A stretch of DNA of 46,188 nucleotides from Bacteroidota bacterium (GTDB lineage Bacteria; Bacteroidota; Bacteroidia; Bacteroidales; VadinHA17). Shown here one piece after another: positions 1 to 10,690 of this stretch. The position numbers and the translations under genes were made by a program. Position 1 is the first letter of the stretch. Each line of letters opens with the position of its first letter. The notes beneath the pieces were generated by a model. It saw only the letters and a program-made list of their open reading frames with translations, searched no databases and was not told where the DNA came from. Location: contig JAKLIJ010000002.1 in assembly GCA_022709665.1 (NCBI GenBank), positions 1 through 46,188 of the forward strand, written 5' to 3'.

Positions 1-1088
1 TCGATAAATGACTTTTTACCCATTGCCACGAGTTCTGACTGGTCGAGCCTGCTTTCCAGGAAAGGTTTTGCTTCTTCCCAGCTACCCGGCGCTTTTCTCT
101 CGAGAAGTTTAATAATATGAAAACCGTATGGTGACCTCACTGGTTTTGTGTAATCACCTGTATCCCTGATTGCAAATGCTGCTTCGGAAAAGTCATTAAT
201 AAACTCTCCGGTACCAAACCAGTTCATTTCACCGCCATTGGCAGCCGATTCCCTGTGATCTGAATTTTCTGAGGCCAGCCTGGCGAATGATTCGCCCTTT
301 TCAAGCCGCTCATAAATCTCATTGATTTCTTTTTCGGCTTTTTGAATTATCTTTTCATCTGAACCTGCAGGCGCCGACTTCATTATATGAGCCACCCTGA
401 TCCTCCCTCCTGAAGGTCTGCGGTCATTTACTTTGATGATATGATAACCGAAAGGTGTTCTTACAGGTTCGGAGACCATTCCGGGCTGAAGGCTGTAGGC
501 AGCTTCTTCGAAAGGAGCTATCATCTGGTAAACAGTGAAATATCCAAGGTTGCCGTTGTTAACGATAACAGACCTGTCGTCTGAGCCGCTCTTTGCAACA
601 TCGGCAAAAGGTTCTCCTGAAATTATCCTTTCCCGTAAGGAGACTGCTTTGTTGTAGGCCTTCAAAGTATCTTCAGGCGATGCATCCGGCTTGCAACTTA
701 CGAGAATATGTGATGCGTTAATCTCCTCAAGGTATCTCTGGTAGGCTTTTCTGAGAACTGTTTCCTTAATATCCGGATCGCTGAGCCACGACTGGGCGAG
801 TTGCTGCCTGTACCCGCTAAGTTCTTCCATGAAGGAGGAGGTTGTATCATAGCCATGTTCCATGGCGTCAGCAACTTTCAGCTTAAAGGCAATGAACTGC
901 CTGAGATACTCATCCAATTCAACTTTGTAATCCGGATCCGGGCTCTTATTGAACATTCTTATAAACTCACCCGCCTCAACATCCATTCCCGCTACAGTCA
1001 TAAGGATCTTTTCATCGGCGTTTTGCGAAAAGCCGGTTGAAAGAGACAGAAGGAACAGTATGGAGCTCAGGATTGTTTTTTGTCTCAT
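1..1088 (-). CDS. Secreted parvulin-type peptidyl-prolyl cis-trans isomerase (SurA/PpiD-like); the C-terminus runs off the window edge
   Basis: Absent from the supplied track because there is no stop inside the window. My reverse-strand translation from the ATG at 1088-1086 gives MRQKTILSSILFLLSLSTGFSQ, a signal peptide. Two rotamase segments follow: INASHILV...GNLGYFTVYQMIAPFEEAAYSLQPGMVSEPVRTPFGYHIIKV and IRVAHIM...GGEMNWFGTGEFINDFSEAAFAI...PVRSPYGFHIIKL. These carry the parvulin FGYHII-type signature. Confidence 0.75.
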   Translation of the reverse strand, partial: MRQKTILSSILFLLSLSTGFSQNADEKILMTVAGMDVEAGEFIRMFNKSPDPDYKVELDEYLRQFIAFKLKVADAMEHGYDTTSSFMEELSGYRQQLAQSWLSDPDIKETVLRKAYQRYLEEINASHILVSCKPDASPEDTLKAYNKAVSLRERIISGEPFADVAKSGSDDRSVIVNNGNLGYFTVYQMIAPFEEAAYSLQPGMVSEPVRTPFGYHIIKVNDRRPSGGRIRVAHIMKSAPAGSDEKIIQKAEKEINEIYERLEKGESFARLASENSDHRESAANGGEMNWFGTGEFINDFSEAAFAIRDTGDYTKPVRSPYGFHIIKLLERKAPGSWEEAKPFLESRLDQSELVAMGKKSFI

Positions 1089-1107
1089 GGCATTGCGAAG
1101 AGATCCA

Positions 1108-2589
1108 TTATTCAATTGATTTCCTGCTGTAATTTGGCGATTCCCTTGTTATGGCAACATCATGGGGATGGCTTTCGATAATGCCTGAATGAGTTATTCT
1201 CGTGAATTTGCTTTCCGCCTTCAATACTGAGATGTTCTTTGCCCCGAGGTAGCCCATACCGGCTCTCAGTCCTCCCATCATCTGGAATATCACTTCCGAC
1301 AATGTACCCTTGTAGGGAACCCTCGCTTCAATTCCTTCCGGAACGAGCTTGCGGATATCGTCCTCAACATCCTGAAAATAACGGTCTTTTGATCCCTGCT
1401 GCATGGCTTCTATTGACCCCATGCCCCGGTAAGCCTTGAATTTTCTGCCGTTATATATTATTGTATCGCCCGGAGATTCTTCAACACCGGCAAAGAGCGA
1501 TCCGGCCATTATAGAATCAGCGCCGGCAGCCAGTGCCTTGATTATATCGCCGGAATATCTTATTCCCCCGTCAGCTATTACGGGAACTCCTGAACCTTCG
1601 ATCGCCCTGGCAACGTTGTAAACAGCGCTCAGTTGGGGAATGCCCACTCCTGCTATGATCCTGGTGGTGCAAATCGATCCGGGGCCGATTCCAACCTTAA
1701 CAGCATCAGCTCCTTCACTAACCAGTTTCTTTGCTGCTTCTGCAGTTCCGATGTTTCCGGTAACCACTTCTGTCGACGGAAAAGTTTTCTTGACTTCTTT
1801 CAGGATCCTTATCACGCTCTTTGTATGCGCGTGAGCGGTGTCTATAACAACGGCATCAACACCGGCATTTACCAGGGCTTCCACTCTGAGAAGGGTGTCG
1901 GATGCAATCCCTACTGCTGCGGCAACCCTGAGCCTTCCCTTCTCATCCTTGCATGAGTTCGGACGATCCTTGGTTTTTGTAATATCCTTGTATGTGATCA
2001 GCCCTATCAGCTTCCCCGACTCATCGACCATGGGCAGCTTTTCTATCTTGTGCTTCTGTAAAATGCGTGCTGCAGCCTGAAGATCGGTCTGGTGATTCGT
2101 CGTGATAAGGTCGGTGGTCATCACCTCAGTTATCTTCTTGCTCTTATTGTTCTCGAACCGCAGGTCTCTGTTAGTGACTATACCTTTTAGTATTCCGCTC
2201 TTATCGATCACAGGTATCCCCCCAATCTTGTATTCGGTCATCAGGCTGATGGCTTCGGCTACAGTTGCTTCGAGACCGATGGTTATCGGATCGAAGATCA
2301 TCACGTTCTCTGCCCTCTTTACCCTTTTTACCTGGGAAGCCTGTCTCTCGATCGGCATGTTTTTGTGGATCACGCCAATTCCTCCTTCCCTGGCGATTGC
2401 TATTGCAAGCTCATCTTCGGTTACGGTGTCCATAGCCGCGGAAACGACAGGAGTGTTTATCTTAATGTTTCTGCTGAACATGGAGGATATATCCACCTCC
2501 CTCGGCAGCACTTCGGAATAGGAAGGAACAAGAAGAACATCATCAAAGGTCAAACCTTCGAAAAGTATTTTATCCTTAATAAATGACAT
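1108..2589 (-). CDS. guaB: IMP dehydrogenase
   Basis: Track ORF 1108..2640. The N-terminus [33 protein letters not shown] is canonical. There is an internal CBS pair (MTTDLIT..., [22 protein letters not shown]) and the catalytic loop [12 protein letters not shown] place the start at the internal ATG (2589) that yields the canonical N-terminus. Confidence 0.95.
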   Translation of the reverse strand: MSFIKDKILFEGLTFDDVLLVPSYSEVLPREVDISSMFSRNIKINTPVVSAAMDTVTEDELAIAIAREGGIGVIHKNMPIERQASQVKRVKRAENVMIFDPITIGLEATVAEAISLMTEYKIGGIPVIDKSGILKGIVTNRDLRFENNKSKKITEVMTTDLITTNHQTDLQAAARILQKHKIEKLPMVDESGKLIGLITYKDITKTKDRPNSCKDEKGRLRVAAAVGIASDTLLRVEALVNAGVDAVVIDTAHAHTKSVIRILKEVKKTFPSTEVVTGNIGTAEAAKKLVSEGADAVKVGIGPGSICTTRIIAGVGIPQLSAVYNVARAIEGSGVPVIADGGIRYSGDIIKALAAGADSIMAGSLFAGVEESPGDTIIYNGRKFKAYRGMGSIEAMQQGSKDRYFQDVEDDIRKLVPEGIEARVPYKGTLSEVIFQMMGGLRAGMGYLGAKNISVLKAESKFTRITHSGIIESHPHDVAITRESPNYSRKSIE

Positions 2590-2667
2590 CGTATGATCCT
2601 TTTGGTTTTTGTGGGCGCAAATTACTAAAAAAATAACCACTCTGAAAACTTGTTGCTACATTTGTAT

Positions 2668-4593
2668 ATGCCCCGCCAGCCGGTTACAATCGAACAGTGC
2701 AGGAAAATCCTGACCAGGTACTGGGGATTCACTTCCTTCAGGCCTCTTCAGGAGGATATTATCCGTTCCGTAACAGAAGGAAGGGATACGCTCGCCCTGA
2801 TGCCGACCGGAGGCGGTAAGTCAATAACCTTTCAGGTCCCTGCACTGGCCATGGAGGGAACCTGCCTGGTGATCACTCCCCTTATTGCCCTGATGAAGGA
2901 ACAGGTAAACCGGCTGAACAGCCTTGACATCCGGTCGCTGATGATCCATTCAGCCATGACGAAGGAGGAAATTGATATCACTCTCGAAAATTGCATTTAT
3001 GGCGACTACAAGTTCCTTTATGTTTCCCCGGAGAGAATCTCCACACCCCTGTTCAGGGGAAGAGCGGGAAGAATTAACCTCTCGCTTGTAGCCATCGATG
3101 AGGCTCATTGTATATCCCAATGGGGCTACGATTTCAGACCTTCTTACCTTAAGATTGCTTCCCTGAGGGAAATCATTGCCCCCGACGTGCCTTTCCTGGC
3201 ACTGACTGCTACTGCTACCTCGCTGGTGGTGAATGATATTATGGAAAAGCTGGAATTCAGAAAACTCAACGTGCTCAAGACCAGCTTCGCAAGAAAAAAC
3301 ATCTCCTACCTTGTCCGTCAGGTAGAGGAGAAAGGCAGTTACCTTCTGAAAACACTTGGAAGTGTAAGCGGTAACGGCATTGTCTATGTCCGCAGCAGAA
3401 AAAGAAGCAAGGAAGTGGCTGAGATGCTTGTTGCCAACAACGTGAATGCTGATTTCTATCATGCAGGACTTCCGGACGAACTGAGGGACAGAAAGCAGGC
3501 TTCATGGTCGACAGGAAAATCACGTGTGATAGTTGCGACCAATGCATTCGGCATGGGTATCGATAAAGCAGACGTCAGATTTGTGATCCATTGGGATATT
3601 CCTGATTCAATAGAAAATTATTTTCAGGAAAGCGGAAGAGCCGGAAGAGATGGAAAACCTGCATGGGCTGTGCTATTATATTCTCCTTCCGACAAGACAC
3701 GTCTCTATGATTCACTCCGGCAAAAATTTCCTCCGGTCGACAGGATCAAGGATGTTTATGAAGCCCTCTGTAACTATCTTCTGGTTCCCATCGGGTCGGG
3801 TAAGAACAACGTCTTTGATTTTAACATGGCAGAATTCGTTTCAAAGTTCCGTCTTCCTGTGATCGAAACATACAACAGCCTTGCATTTCTCCAGCGGGAA
3901 GGATATGTCGAATTCACAGAAGAGATTAATAATCCCTCCAGGGTACATTTCATTGTGGGACGCGACGACCTTTACAAGTTCCAGGTTGCAAATGAGTCAT
4001 TCGATGGTTTTATAAAACTTCTTCTCAGATCCTACACAGGCATGTTCACCGAGTTTGTTTCAATAAATGAAGATTCACTGGCAAAAAAAGCTGCCATCAC
4101 ACGCGATACAGTGTACAATTACCTGGTAAAACTGTCGTCAATGCACATCATCAGGTATATCCCGGGGAAAAAAACATCGCTGGTAATCTTTACTGAGGAA
4201 CGTCTTGAAAGAAAGGCTCTCCTGATCTCTCCTGAAAACTACCTTCACGTCAGGGACAAGTATGTCTCACGGCTCGACAAAATGGTCGATTACGCTGAAT
4301 CAGCCAACAGGTGCCGTGCCGTAATGCTTCTGGATTATTTCGGAGAGGAATCGGACCGCTGCGGGACCTGCGACATCTGCCGGGAAAGAAATGAACTTGA
4401 TCTCAGTAAATACGAATTTGACATAATACTTGAAGAGATAAAAAATATCCTTTCCTTGCAATCACCCGATCCTGAGGAACTTGTAAAACTTGTGACGCAG
4501 CCTGAGGAAAAGGTTATTAAAGTCATCCGCTGGCTCCTTGATCACAACAAGATCATTCAGGACAGCAGTCGCAAGCTGAAATGGAAGAAGTGA
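2668..4593 (+). CDS. recQ: ATP-dependent DNA helicase, RecQ family
   Basis: FRPLQEDII, the Walker A motif MPTGGGKS, the DEAH box AIDEAHCISQWGYDFRPSY, and the TATAT, VATNAFGMGIDK and QESGRAGRDG motifs are present. A C-terminal Cys cluster (CGTCDIC) is also present. The track start at 2650 is a TTG; the ATG at 2668 gives normal spacing to FRPLQ. Confidence 0.9.
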   Translation: MPRQPVTIEQCRKILTRYWGFTSFRPLQEDIIRSVTEGRDTLALMPTGGGKSITFQVPALAMEGTCLVITPLIALMKEQVNRLNSLDIRSLMIHSAMTKEEIDITLENCIYGDYKFLYVSPERISTPLFRGRAGRINLSLVAIDEAHCISQWGYDFRPSYLKIASLREIIAPDVPFLALTATATSLVVNDIMEKLEFRKLNVLKTSFARKNISYLVRQVEEKGSYLLKTLGSVSGNGIVYVRSRKRSKEVAEMLVANNVNADFYHAGLPDELRDRKQASWSTGKSRVIVATNAFGMGIDKADVRFVIHWDIPDSIENYFQESGRAGRDGKPAWAVLLYSPSDKTRLYDSLRQKFPPVDRIKDVYEALCNYLLVPIGSGKNNVFDFNMAEFVSKFRLPVIETYNSLAFLQREGYVEFTEEINNPSRVHFIVGRDDLYKFQVANESFDGFIKLLLRSYTGMFTEFVSINEDSLAKKAAITRDTVYNYLVKLSSMHIIRYIPGKKTSLVIFTEERLERKALLISPENYLHVRDKYVSRLDKMVDYAESANRCRAVMLLDYFGEESDRCGTCDICRERNELDLSKYEFDIILEEIKNILSLQSPDPEELVKLVTQPEEKVIKVIRWLLDHNKIIQDSSRKLKWKK

Positions 4594-4605
4594 TGTTAAG
4601 CCCTT

Positions 4606-6006
4606 CTATCTGATAACCTTAGTGTTCCCTCCCTTTTCCATCGCAATGTCAACCGGTGTGTTTGTCTTCCAGGCTCCGCGGGTAAAATCAGGAACCGGAA
4701 CAGGGTACGACCTGCTTTCAACCGACCATTCGCTCAATGGTGCAACGGCGCTCCAGAGAGCAGCATCATACACATCCTGGTCGAGGGGAAGCCCGTTACG
4801 GAGACAGTCGATAAGGCGCCAGTTCTCAAGGAAATCCATTCCCCCGTGGCCTCCGACTTTTTTTGCCAGTTCTCCTACTTTTCTGACAATGGCAGGGGTG
4901 AATTTCTCCTCCAGAGCTTTCATTTCCTCGTCGCTCACCCATTCGTCGCCTACCGATATCTTTGCCGGGAGCGGATACTTAAGTGCTGCGGCTTTTGTAC
5001 CGCTTATCTTATGTATTCTCGAATAGACATTTGGAGAAGTCACATCATGCTGGATCATTATAGTCCTGCCTTTCTCAGTAAGGATTGTAGTGGTGGTCAT
5101 GTTGCCCCTGTATTTCCTGTCGACATATTTCTTATAGAAAGGATCGGTTTCTGCAAGAGTCTTTGCTGTGTCATTCATCTGGAAATCTTTACTCATTACA
5201 GATACCAGGAAATTCATCCTGTCGCCCCGGTTGATATCCATTATCTGGCAGACAGGCCCCAGTCCGTGAGTGGGATAAAGATTTCCACGGCGGGTGGAGT
5301 TCTCTTCCAGCCTCCACATCTCCCAATAACCTTTTTTGTTGAAGTTGCTGCCCAGCAGGTTGTGTATGTAAGCCCCTTCGCCATGTACAATGTCGCCGAA
5401 GAATCCCTGCCTGGCCATGTTCAGGGTAAGGAGTTCAAAGAAGTCGTAGCAGCAATTCTCCATCATCATGCAATGCTTCCTTGTCTTTTCCGAAGTCTCA
5501 ACCAGCTGCCAGCACTCATCCATCGTTACGGCTGCAGGAACTTCAACCGCCACATGCTTGCCATGCTCCATGGCGTAAACACACATCGCGGCATGCATAT
5601 TCCATGGGGTGCATATATAAATAAGATCTATATCGTCCCTTTCGCACATTCTCTTCCATCCCTCAGGGTCGCCTGAAAAAAGAACTGGCTTGAAACCATA
5701 TGGTTCTATAAGTTTCCTGGTCTTTTCAACTTCTTCGGGAACCACATCACAAAGGGCTCTGATATCGACGCCTTCAATGAAGCTCATACTCCTTACGTGG
5801 CCCGGACCCCTGTTTCCAAGTCCTATAAAACCAATTCTGACAGCTTCGAGGCGGGGAGCAGCATAGCCCGACATGTTGAATTCCTGGCTGCCCTGTACTG
5901 ACAGCAAGGATGACTCACTTCCAAAAGCTCTCAAAAGGCTGCTTCCGGCAAGCCCGAGTCCGGTAAGACCGGAGATCCTCAGAAAATCCCTGCGATTGCT
6001 TTTCAT
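4606..6006 (-). CDS. Tat-exported Gfo/Idh/MocA-family NAD-dependent oxidoreductase, GH109-like (alpha-N-acetylgalactosaminidase-type fold)
   Basis: Twin-arginine signal MKSNRRDFLRISGLTGLGLAGSS. Rossmann motif RIGFIGLGNRGPGHV. The C-terminal block GGHGGMDFLENWRLIDCLRNGLPLDQDVYDAALWSAVAPLSEWS matches my recollection of GH109 proteins. Confidence 0.75.
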   Translation of the reverse strand: MKSNRRDFLRISGLTGLGLAGSSLLRAFGSESSLLSVQGSQEFNMSGYAAPRLEAVRIGFIGLGNRGPGHVRSMSFIEGVDIRALCDVVPEEVEKTRKLIEPYGFKPVLFSGDPEGWKRMCERDDIDLIYICTPWNMHAAMCVYAMEHGKHVAVEVPAAVTMDECWQLVETSEKTRKHCMMMENCCYDFFELLTLNMARQGFFGDIVHGEGAYIHNLLGSNFNKKGYWEMWRLEENSTRRGNLYPTHGLGPVCQIMDINRGDRMNFLVSVMSKDFQMNDTAKTLAETDPFYKKYVDRKYRGNMTTTTILTEKGRTIMIQHDVTSPNVYSRIHKISGTKAAALKYPLPAKISVGDEWVSDEEMKALEEKFTPAIVRKVGELAKKVGGHGGMDFLENWRLIDCLRNGLPLDQDVYDAALWSAVAPLSEWSVESRSYPVPVPDFTRGAWKTNTPVDIAMEKGGNTKVIR

Positions 6007-6051
6007 ATCTTTTAATTTTTAATGTTTCTCCTTTATTTTGGTTTGTCAGAG

Positions 6052-7350
6052 CTATTTCCCGAAGAAATGCTTCTTCATAAAACTGATAAACACAGGGAAA
6101 TCAGACGGCATGGATCCGTGTCCTCCTTCGTGCATATAGTATCCGAGGTCATTCAGGACCGGAACTCCTGCTTCAGGCCATATTTGAGTTCCAAGTGATT
6201 TTTTGCCGAGAAGCTCGTAAACCGGTCCTGCAGCCGCCGCCGCAAGAAATTCACCCTTGGGATCGGACCAGTTGTCGGTGGTGCCGGTCTGAAGCAGCAA
6301 CGGCCTCGGAGCCATCAGGGCAATCAGCATGTGAGCATCAACAGGCGATTTGGACGGATCGTCCCTATAATTCCTCCAGTTGGAGGCAAACTGATAGAAG
6401 TACCTGGTCGGATGTGTCATGTGATCGATATTCTCACCATAATTCCTTCTCGAGAGTGCGGCGCCGCCTTCACCGGAACAGCTTGCAATAACCATCCCGA
6501 ACCTCTGGTCGCGGGCTCCCGTCCATAGTGCCGTTTTTCCAAGCCGCGACACTCCGAAAAGAGCTACTTTCCCGGCATCGATCTGCGGGTCGGTCTCGAA
6601 ATAATCCATCACCCTGCTTAGTCCCCACGACCAGGCTGAAATGGCTCCCCATTCATCGGGTGCAGGATAATCCTGTCCCTTCTTCAGATAGTATCCCCGG
6701 ATGCCGTACCTGATACCCTCGGCAAAATCCGGCTCAATTTCACTGTAATTGACTGTGGCGAAACCGATGCCCTCCGACAGGAACTGGTTCACATCCATTC
6801 TTCCGAACCCGCCTTTTCTCTGTACCGGGACCAGGTTTCCCTCAGGATCACGCATCATTCCTGCCTTTATGCCGGGATCATCAGTGACTGTTGCATTCGG
6901 CATGAAACCTATACTGAGGAAAACAGGCACAGGTTCCTTTGCATCTCGAGGCAGGTAGATAAGAATATCCATTTTATGCGACGATGTGTCTTTTGTAAAA
7001 TATACTGTAACCTGTTTCCGGACGGCAGCACCGTCCAGCGCGGGCGTACCCCTGTCAAACACATTGAAGGTCATATCTGAAGGCCGCGAAGGAACCTTTC
7101 CATACTGGAACTCTTCAAAAAGAGAAAGTATCTCAGGTCTTCTCTTCCTTGTCCATTGCTTTGCATTCTTAACTTTCCTTCCGTTGGCCATCAACAGCGG
7201 ATCGGGAAGTGTATATGTTCCGACCTTCGATTCATCGTAGTTCACAGGAATGCCTGCCACAACATCATTTGCGGGCTTCTGGCCCTGTGCTTCTGCCCGG
7301 TAGGCAATCATTGTTAAGGAAATAACAATGCAGACACAGATCTTTTTCAT
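6052..7350 (-). CDS. Secreted alpha/beta-hydrolase, CE15-like glucuronoyl esterase
   Basis: A signal peptide is present. The nucleophile-elbow context GVSRLGKTALWTGARDQRF resembles the CE15 GCSRxGK motif. Downstream elements are SCSGEGGAALSRR and a C-terminal HEGGHG. The start codon (7350) directly abuts the stop (7351-7353) of the upstream hydrolase gene. Confidence 0.6.
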   Translation of the reverse strand: MKKICVCIVISLTMIAYRAEAQGQKPANDVVAGIPVNYDESKVGTYTLPDPLLMANGRKVKNAKQWTRKRRPEILSLFEEFQYGKVPSRPSDMTFNVFDRGTPALDGAAVRKQVTVYFTKDTSSHKMDILIYLPRDAKEPVPVFLSIGFMPNATVTDDPGIKAGMMRDPEGNLVPVQRKGGFGRMDVNQFLSEGIGFATVNYSEIEPDFAEGIRYGIRGYYLKKGQDYPAPDEWGAISAWSWGLSRVMDYFETDPQIDAGKVALFGVSRLGKTALWTGARDQRFGMVIASCSGEGGAALSRRNYGENIDHMTHPTRYFYQFASNWRNYRDDPSKSPVDAHMLIALMAPRPLLLQTGTTDNWSDPKGEFLAAAAAGPVYELLGKKSLGTQIWPEAGVPVLNDLGYYMHEGGHGSMPSDFPVFISFMKKHFFGK

Positions 7351-10300
7351 TTATTCGGTTGATTTTAGTATTGTAACCGGACCAAGCAAACCTGATTCAA
7401 CAGGATTTCTTCCCCATACCATTACCTGGGAATTGAGCACCTTGTTCGCGGCAGGAGCCTTCTGATCTCCGATAAGCCGGTTGGTCCACTGATTGGTAAT
7501 TCTTATCTCAATTACATTCACGCCTTTCTTTAAAAGTCCGGAAACATCTGTCCTGAAAGGGGAGGTCCACAGAAGCCCGGCATTATTGCCGTTTACTGTA
7601 ACCTCTGCCATATCGGCCACGTTTCCAAGATCGAGGTACAGCTTCAACCCACTTTTAAGCCATGCTCCCGGAACTTTAACAGTGTTTTTATAGACAGCTG
7701 TTCCCGAGAAGTATTTTATGCCTTCATCCTCGTTCGCCGTCCATGACTGCAGATTGCTGAAAACAGCTTTTTCAGGAGCCCCGGCTCCGGCAGGGAATGA
7801 TACTTCCCAGGGACCGGCAATGGCAGTCAGCTGCTCAATGACGCTTTTTTCTCCCGGCTTTTCGTTGCTTACTGCTTTTTTCCGGAACACTACGAAAAGC
7901 GATTTTCCGGCTTCAAGCGACAGCGGAACCACCGTGCCCTTGTCCTCAATGGAGTACCTGCACTCCGACAATGTGCCGGTCAGCGGATCCCAGATTTCCG
8001 GCTCCATGCCTTTTATCCGGAACCTGAATTCAGTGTCAAAGTGTTTTTCAGAGGAGTTAACCAAAAACCAGAAATCAGCATCTCCCGCTTTCCTGTGTAT
8101 CCAGTCTATTTTTAAATCAAGCTTCCTTGAATATTCCAGATCGGGATATATCCCAAGATTATTAAGTACTACACTGACCGGAGTCCCCCAGAATATCCTT
8201 CCTTTGCCTGCCATCCTTTTCGTACGGCTGATACCGTCAAGGTCAGCCCATAACTCATCCACAATGTCGCTGAAGGCCTGATCTGTGCCGGGAATGCCTG
8301 AATAGCCGGGAGTTGTAACCGGTTTGGGACCAATTACAGTTGCTCCGGCCTTTACCAGTTCATTAATCTTTTTAAGCACATGAAACGTCATTCTGCCGGA
8401 ATTCGGAAGAACCAGAACCGAATAGCTCATTCCGTCAGGGAGCAGGAGCTTCCCGTCTTCGGAAACACTCATCCGGTTAAGCAATACGTCGGCATTAATG
8501 TAATCATAGTCATAGCCTTCAGGCGGAGCCGGGATTAGTCCCGTACCCCATATCGGCATCGTCGACGGAGCGCCTTCATCAAGAAGGTAGGCGAGGTCGG
8601 CGACGAATCTGCCCTGCTGAAGCATAAATGAATTCCTGGCAAGATAGGTCATAAACGGCCCGGCCTGCTCTGCCCAGGTAATGTTCCGGTTTATATGAGT
8701 TCCTACCATGGTATTACCAGGTTTTGTGTCGACCGGCTGATGAGCCGAGGTATGGAATACAAAACGGTTGATACCCTGCGCAAACCAGTAGTCTCCTATC
8801 TTTTTCAGAGTATTTGGCGATTCATAACCTCCTCCTGTATAGGCTTCTGCAGCAACCAGCTTCTTTCCGTAGATATGCGATGCCGAAGCTGCGCCCCTGA
8901 CATCCTGATAGTACATCAGCTCGGGATGCAGAGCCCTGTACCAGAATTCCCCCATGGGAATATCCACATATTTCTTGCAGAGGAGGGCATCTTCAAGGAT
9001 CTCCAGGGAAACTCCCGAGGCTTCACCGTATGTGCTGATTCCCTGTTTATTAAGGTAGGAGGTCAGAACACCATAGTGGTTTTCTGCAAACATATCGGCA
9101 AGAGTGCGCCTGAAATCCCACAAAACCCGGTCGCTCACTTCTCCGTTAAGCATCACCCTGCCGGCAAGACCGGGAAGAAACGGCTTAAGGTCGTATCCTC
9201 TCCTGTTTTTGAATTCTGCAAGCATGTTATCGGTCCAGTTCTGCATTCCGGCTTCCCAGCTGTCGAGCATTACGCTTCTCAGCGTTTTGCCGTAAAGAGG
9301 TCCAAGGGCTGCAGCAATTGGCTCAGTGTACTCTCTGATATACGCTTCAGTATGTTCGCGGCTAAGTTTATCGGTTTCATAGCCTGAACCTGCCGCGACA
9401 GCCGGCCTGTTTTTCGAACCTGTTAGGGAATACCCGAAACGCATTACAGTCCAGTTGCCTTCAGGAACTTTCCAGTTCAGCTGCCCCTCAGGGGTAAGCA
9501 TTGCTGTGAGATCGATAACCGATGCAGGATCGATCCCTGAACCGGGGACCAGTTCACCCGATGCAACAGGCTCGTAATTAAAAAGGTGATAAAAGCCTGC
9601 CTTGTCCTCCCACCTGTGTATCCTGGGCCCTGAATGCAGCTTTATCTCGCCAAACGTGTAAGCCGTGTCGGGCGGATTGACAATCTCCCTCATCACATCA
9701 TCGGGCTTCATCGGAGCGCCTGTGAATTCTATTCTGAAATACTTTGCCGTTACTGCGGGGAAAGAGAATGTGGCAACCTTGCCGGCGCGGTAGAGCTGAG
9801 CTCCGGGGAAAAGGGCAATTGTCCGGAAATCAGTCCCGTTGTTGCCCGCAAGAAGTCTGCCCTCCGGTATTCCCGAACGGTTGGCGAGAGTTATTGCCCT
9901 GGCTGTAAACGGCTTTTCATAAGTGTACCCGATCCATAATCCTTTCTTATCCTTTCCTGCTGCAACCCTGCATGAACTGTTAAGGTCGTCATCAAGTAGG
10001 GCGGCCGGATCAACAGTTCCCGAAGAGGTAATTGCGGATGCAACTGCAGGAGCAGCTTCAGCTTCTTCCGGAGGTGTAGGAAATGCCAGAACAACACAAT
10101 CCTTATAAAATCCGGGAACCGGTTTGGGCGAGTTGGAAAGATCCCTGATTGGCCCTTCGTATGATGGCGGGTCAGGAAGCTTTCCTGTGAAAGTAAGAGG
10201 CCCCTTCAGATTCATTTCACTCCAGACCAGTTTTTTCATTGCCTGTTCGGGTCTGACCCACGGTCCGCCGGTCAGACTCCATCCGGCTGAACTGAAAATT

Positions 10301-10662
10301 GTCATCTCGAGGTCGAGCCTCTCAGCTTCTGAGGCTGTATGCTTTACGGCATCCAGCCATTCGGGCGACATGAACAGTATCTTGTTGTCAACCGTCTGGC
10401 CTTGTCCGGCTGCTACATCGGCCAGCTGCATTCCCCCTATGCCGACTCTTTTCATCCATTCAAGATCCTTTGTTATGCCTTCCTTTGTGACGTTACTGTT
10501 GGTCCAATGCCACCATGTACGAGGTCTGGCTGATTCGGGGGGATTCCTGAATCCTTCAGACAGTGAAAGCGCATCATCCTGACCATATCCGTTTAATGAA
10601 AGAGAAAAGAGCAGGAGTATCACAGATGCCCTGTGAAGCCTTTTTGATAAGATTTTTGTCAT
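7351..10662 (-). CDS. Large secreted glycoside hydrolase (about 1100 aa), GH106-like alpha-L-rhamnosidase family candidate
   Basis: A signal peptide is present. The N-terminal block PRTWWHWTNSNVTKEGITKDLEWMKRVGIGGMQ and the overall size match the large Bacteroidota glycosyl hydrolase family as I recall it. The exact GH family is not verifiable without an HMM search. Confidence 0.55.
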   Translation of the reverse strand: MTKILSKRLHRASVILLLFSLSLNGYGQDDALSLSEGFRNPPESARPRTWWHWTNSNVTKEGITKDLEWMKRVGIGGMQLADVAAGQGQTVDNKILFMSPEWLDAVKHTASEAERLDLEMTIFSSAGWSLTGGPWVRPEQAMKKLVWSEMNLKGPLTFTGKLPDPPSYEGPIRDLSNSPKPVPGFYKDCVVLAFPTPPEEAEAAPAVASAITSSGTVDPAALLDDDLNSSCRVAAGKDKKGLWIGYTYEKPFTARAITLANRSGIPEGRLLAGNNGTDFRTIALFPGAQLYRAGKVATFSFPAVTAKYFRIEFTGAPMKPDDVMREIVNPPDTAYTFGEIKLHSGPRIHRWEDKAGFYHLFNYEPVASGELVPGSGIDPASVIDLTAMLTPEGQLNWKVPEGNWTVMRFGYSLTGSKNRPAVAAGSGYETDKLSREHTEAYIREYTEPIAAALGPLYGKTLRSVMLDSWEAGMQNWTDNMLAEFKNRRGYDLKPFLPGLAGRVMLNGEVSDRVLWDFRRTLADMFAENHYGVLTSYLNKQGISTYGEASGVSLEILEDALLCKKYVDIPMGEFWYRALHPELMYYQDVRGAASASHIYGKKLVAAEAYTGGGYESPNTLKKIGDYWFAQGINRFVFHTSAHQPVDTKPGNTMVGTHINRNITWAEQAGPFMTYLARNSFMLQQGRFVADLAYLLDEGAPSTMPIWGTGLIPAPPEGYDYDYINADVLLNRMSVSEDGKLLLPDGMSYSVLVLPNSGRMTFHVLKKINELVKAGATVIGPKPVTTPGYSGIPGTDQAFSDIVDELWADLDGISRTKRMAGKGRIFWGTPVSVVLNNLGIYPDLEYSRKLDLKIDWIHRKAGDADFWFLVNSSEKHFDTEFRFRIKGMEPEIWDPLTGTLSECRYSIEDKGTVVPLSLEAGKSLFVVFRKKAVSNEKPGEKSVIEQLTAIAGPWEVSFPAGAGAPEKAVFSNLQSWTANEDEGIKYFSGTAVYKNTVKVPGAWLKSGLKLYLDLGNVADMAEVTVNGNNAGLLWTSPFRTDVSGLLKKGVNVIEIRITNQWTNRLIGDQKAPAANKVLNSQVMVWGRNPVESGLLGPVTILKSTE

Positions 10663-10690
10663 GGCTATAATATGCTCTTAAATGAGGAGC

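Noticed and set aside
801-1040. 79-aa plus-strand ORF
   Set aside because: It is antisense to the parvulin PPIase gene, which I could translate continuously from 1088 to the window edge.
2590-2640. N-terminal extensions in the track ORFs (guaB 2640, DUF1080 gene 12037, sigma 25044, receptor 36433, permease 41671, recQ 2650, tex 14497, mutS2 20200)
   Set aside because: Several of the extended starts that I checked are TTG or GTG. All add residues that precede canonical N-termini or signal peptides, and internal ATGs give family-typical N-termini.
2657-2664. TACATTTG, an exact TAnnTTTG match 3 nt upstream of the recQ ATG
   Set aside because: It is too close to the start codon for a normal leader and would imply a leaderless or near-leaderless recQ mRNA. 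That is possible, but unsupported without transcription-start mapping, so I do not list it as a promoter.
4846-5676. 276-aa plus-strand ORF antisense to the GH109-like oxidoreductase, plus many similar antisense ORFs (e.g. 1633-1956, 2102-2521, 8695-9387, 13492-14205, 27926-28552)
   Set aside because: Each lies entirely inside, and antisense to, a gene with strong motif support. They have low-complexity or Ser/Pro/Arg-rich translations and no recognisable motifs. These are shadow ORFs.
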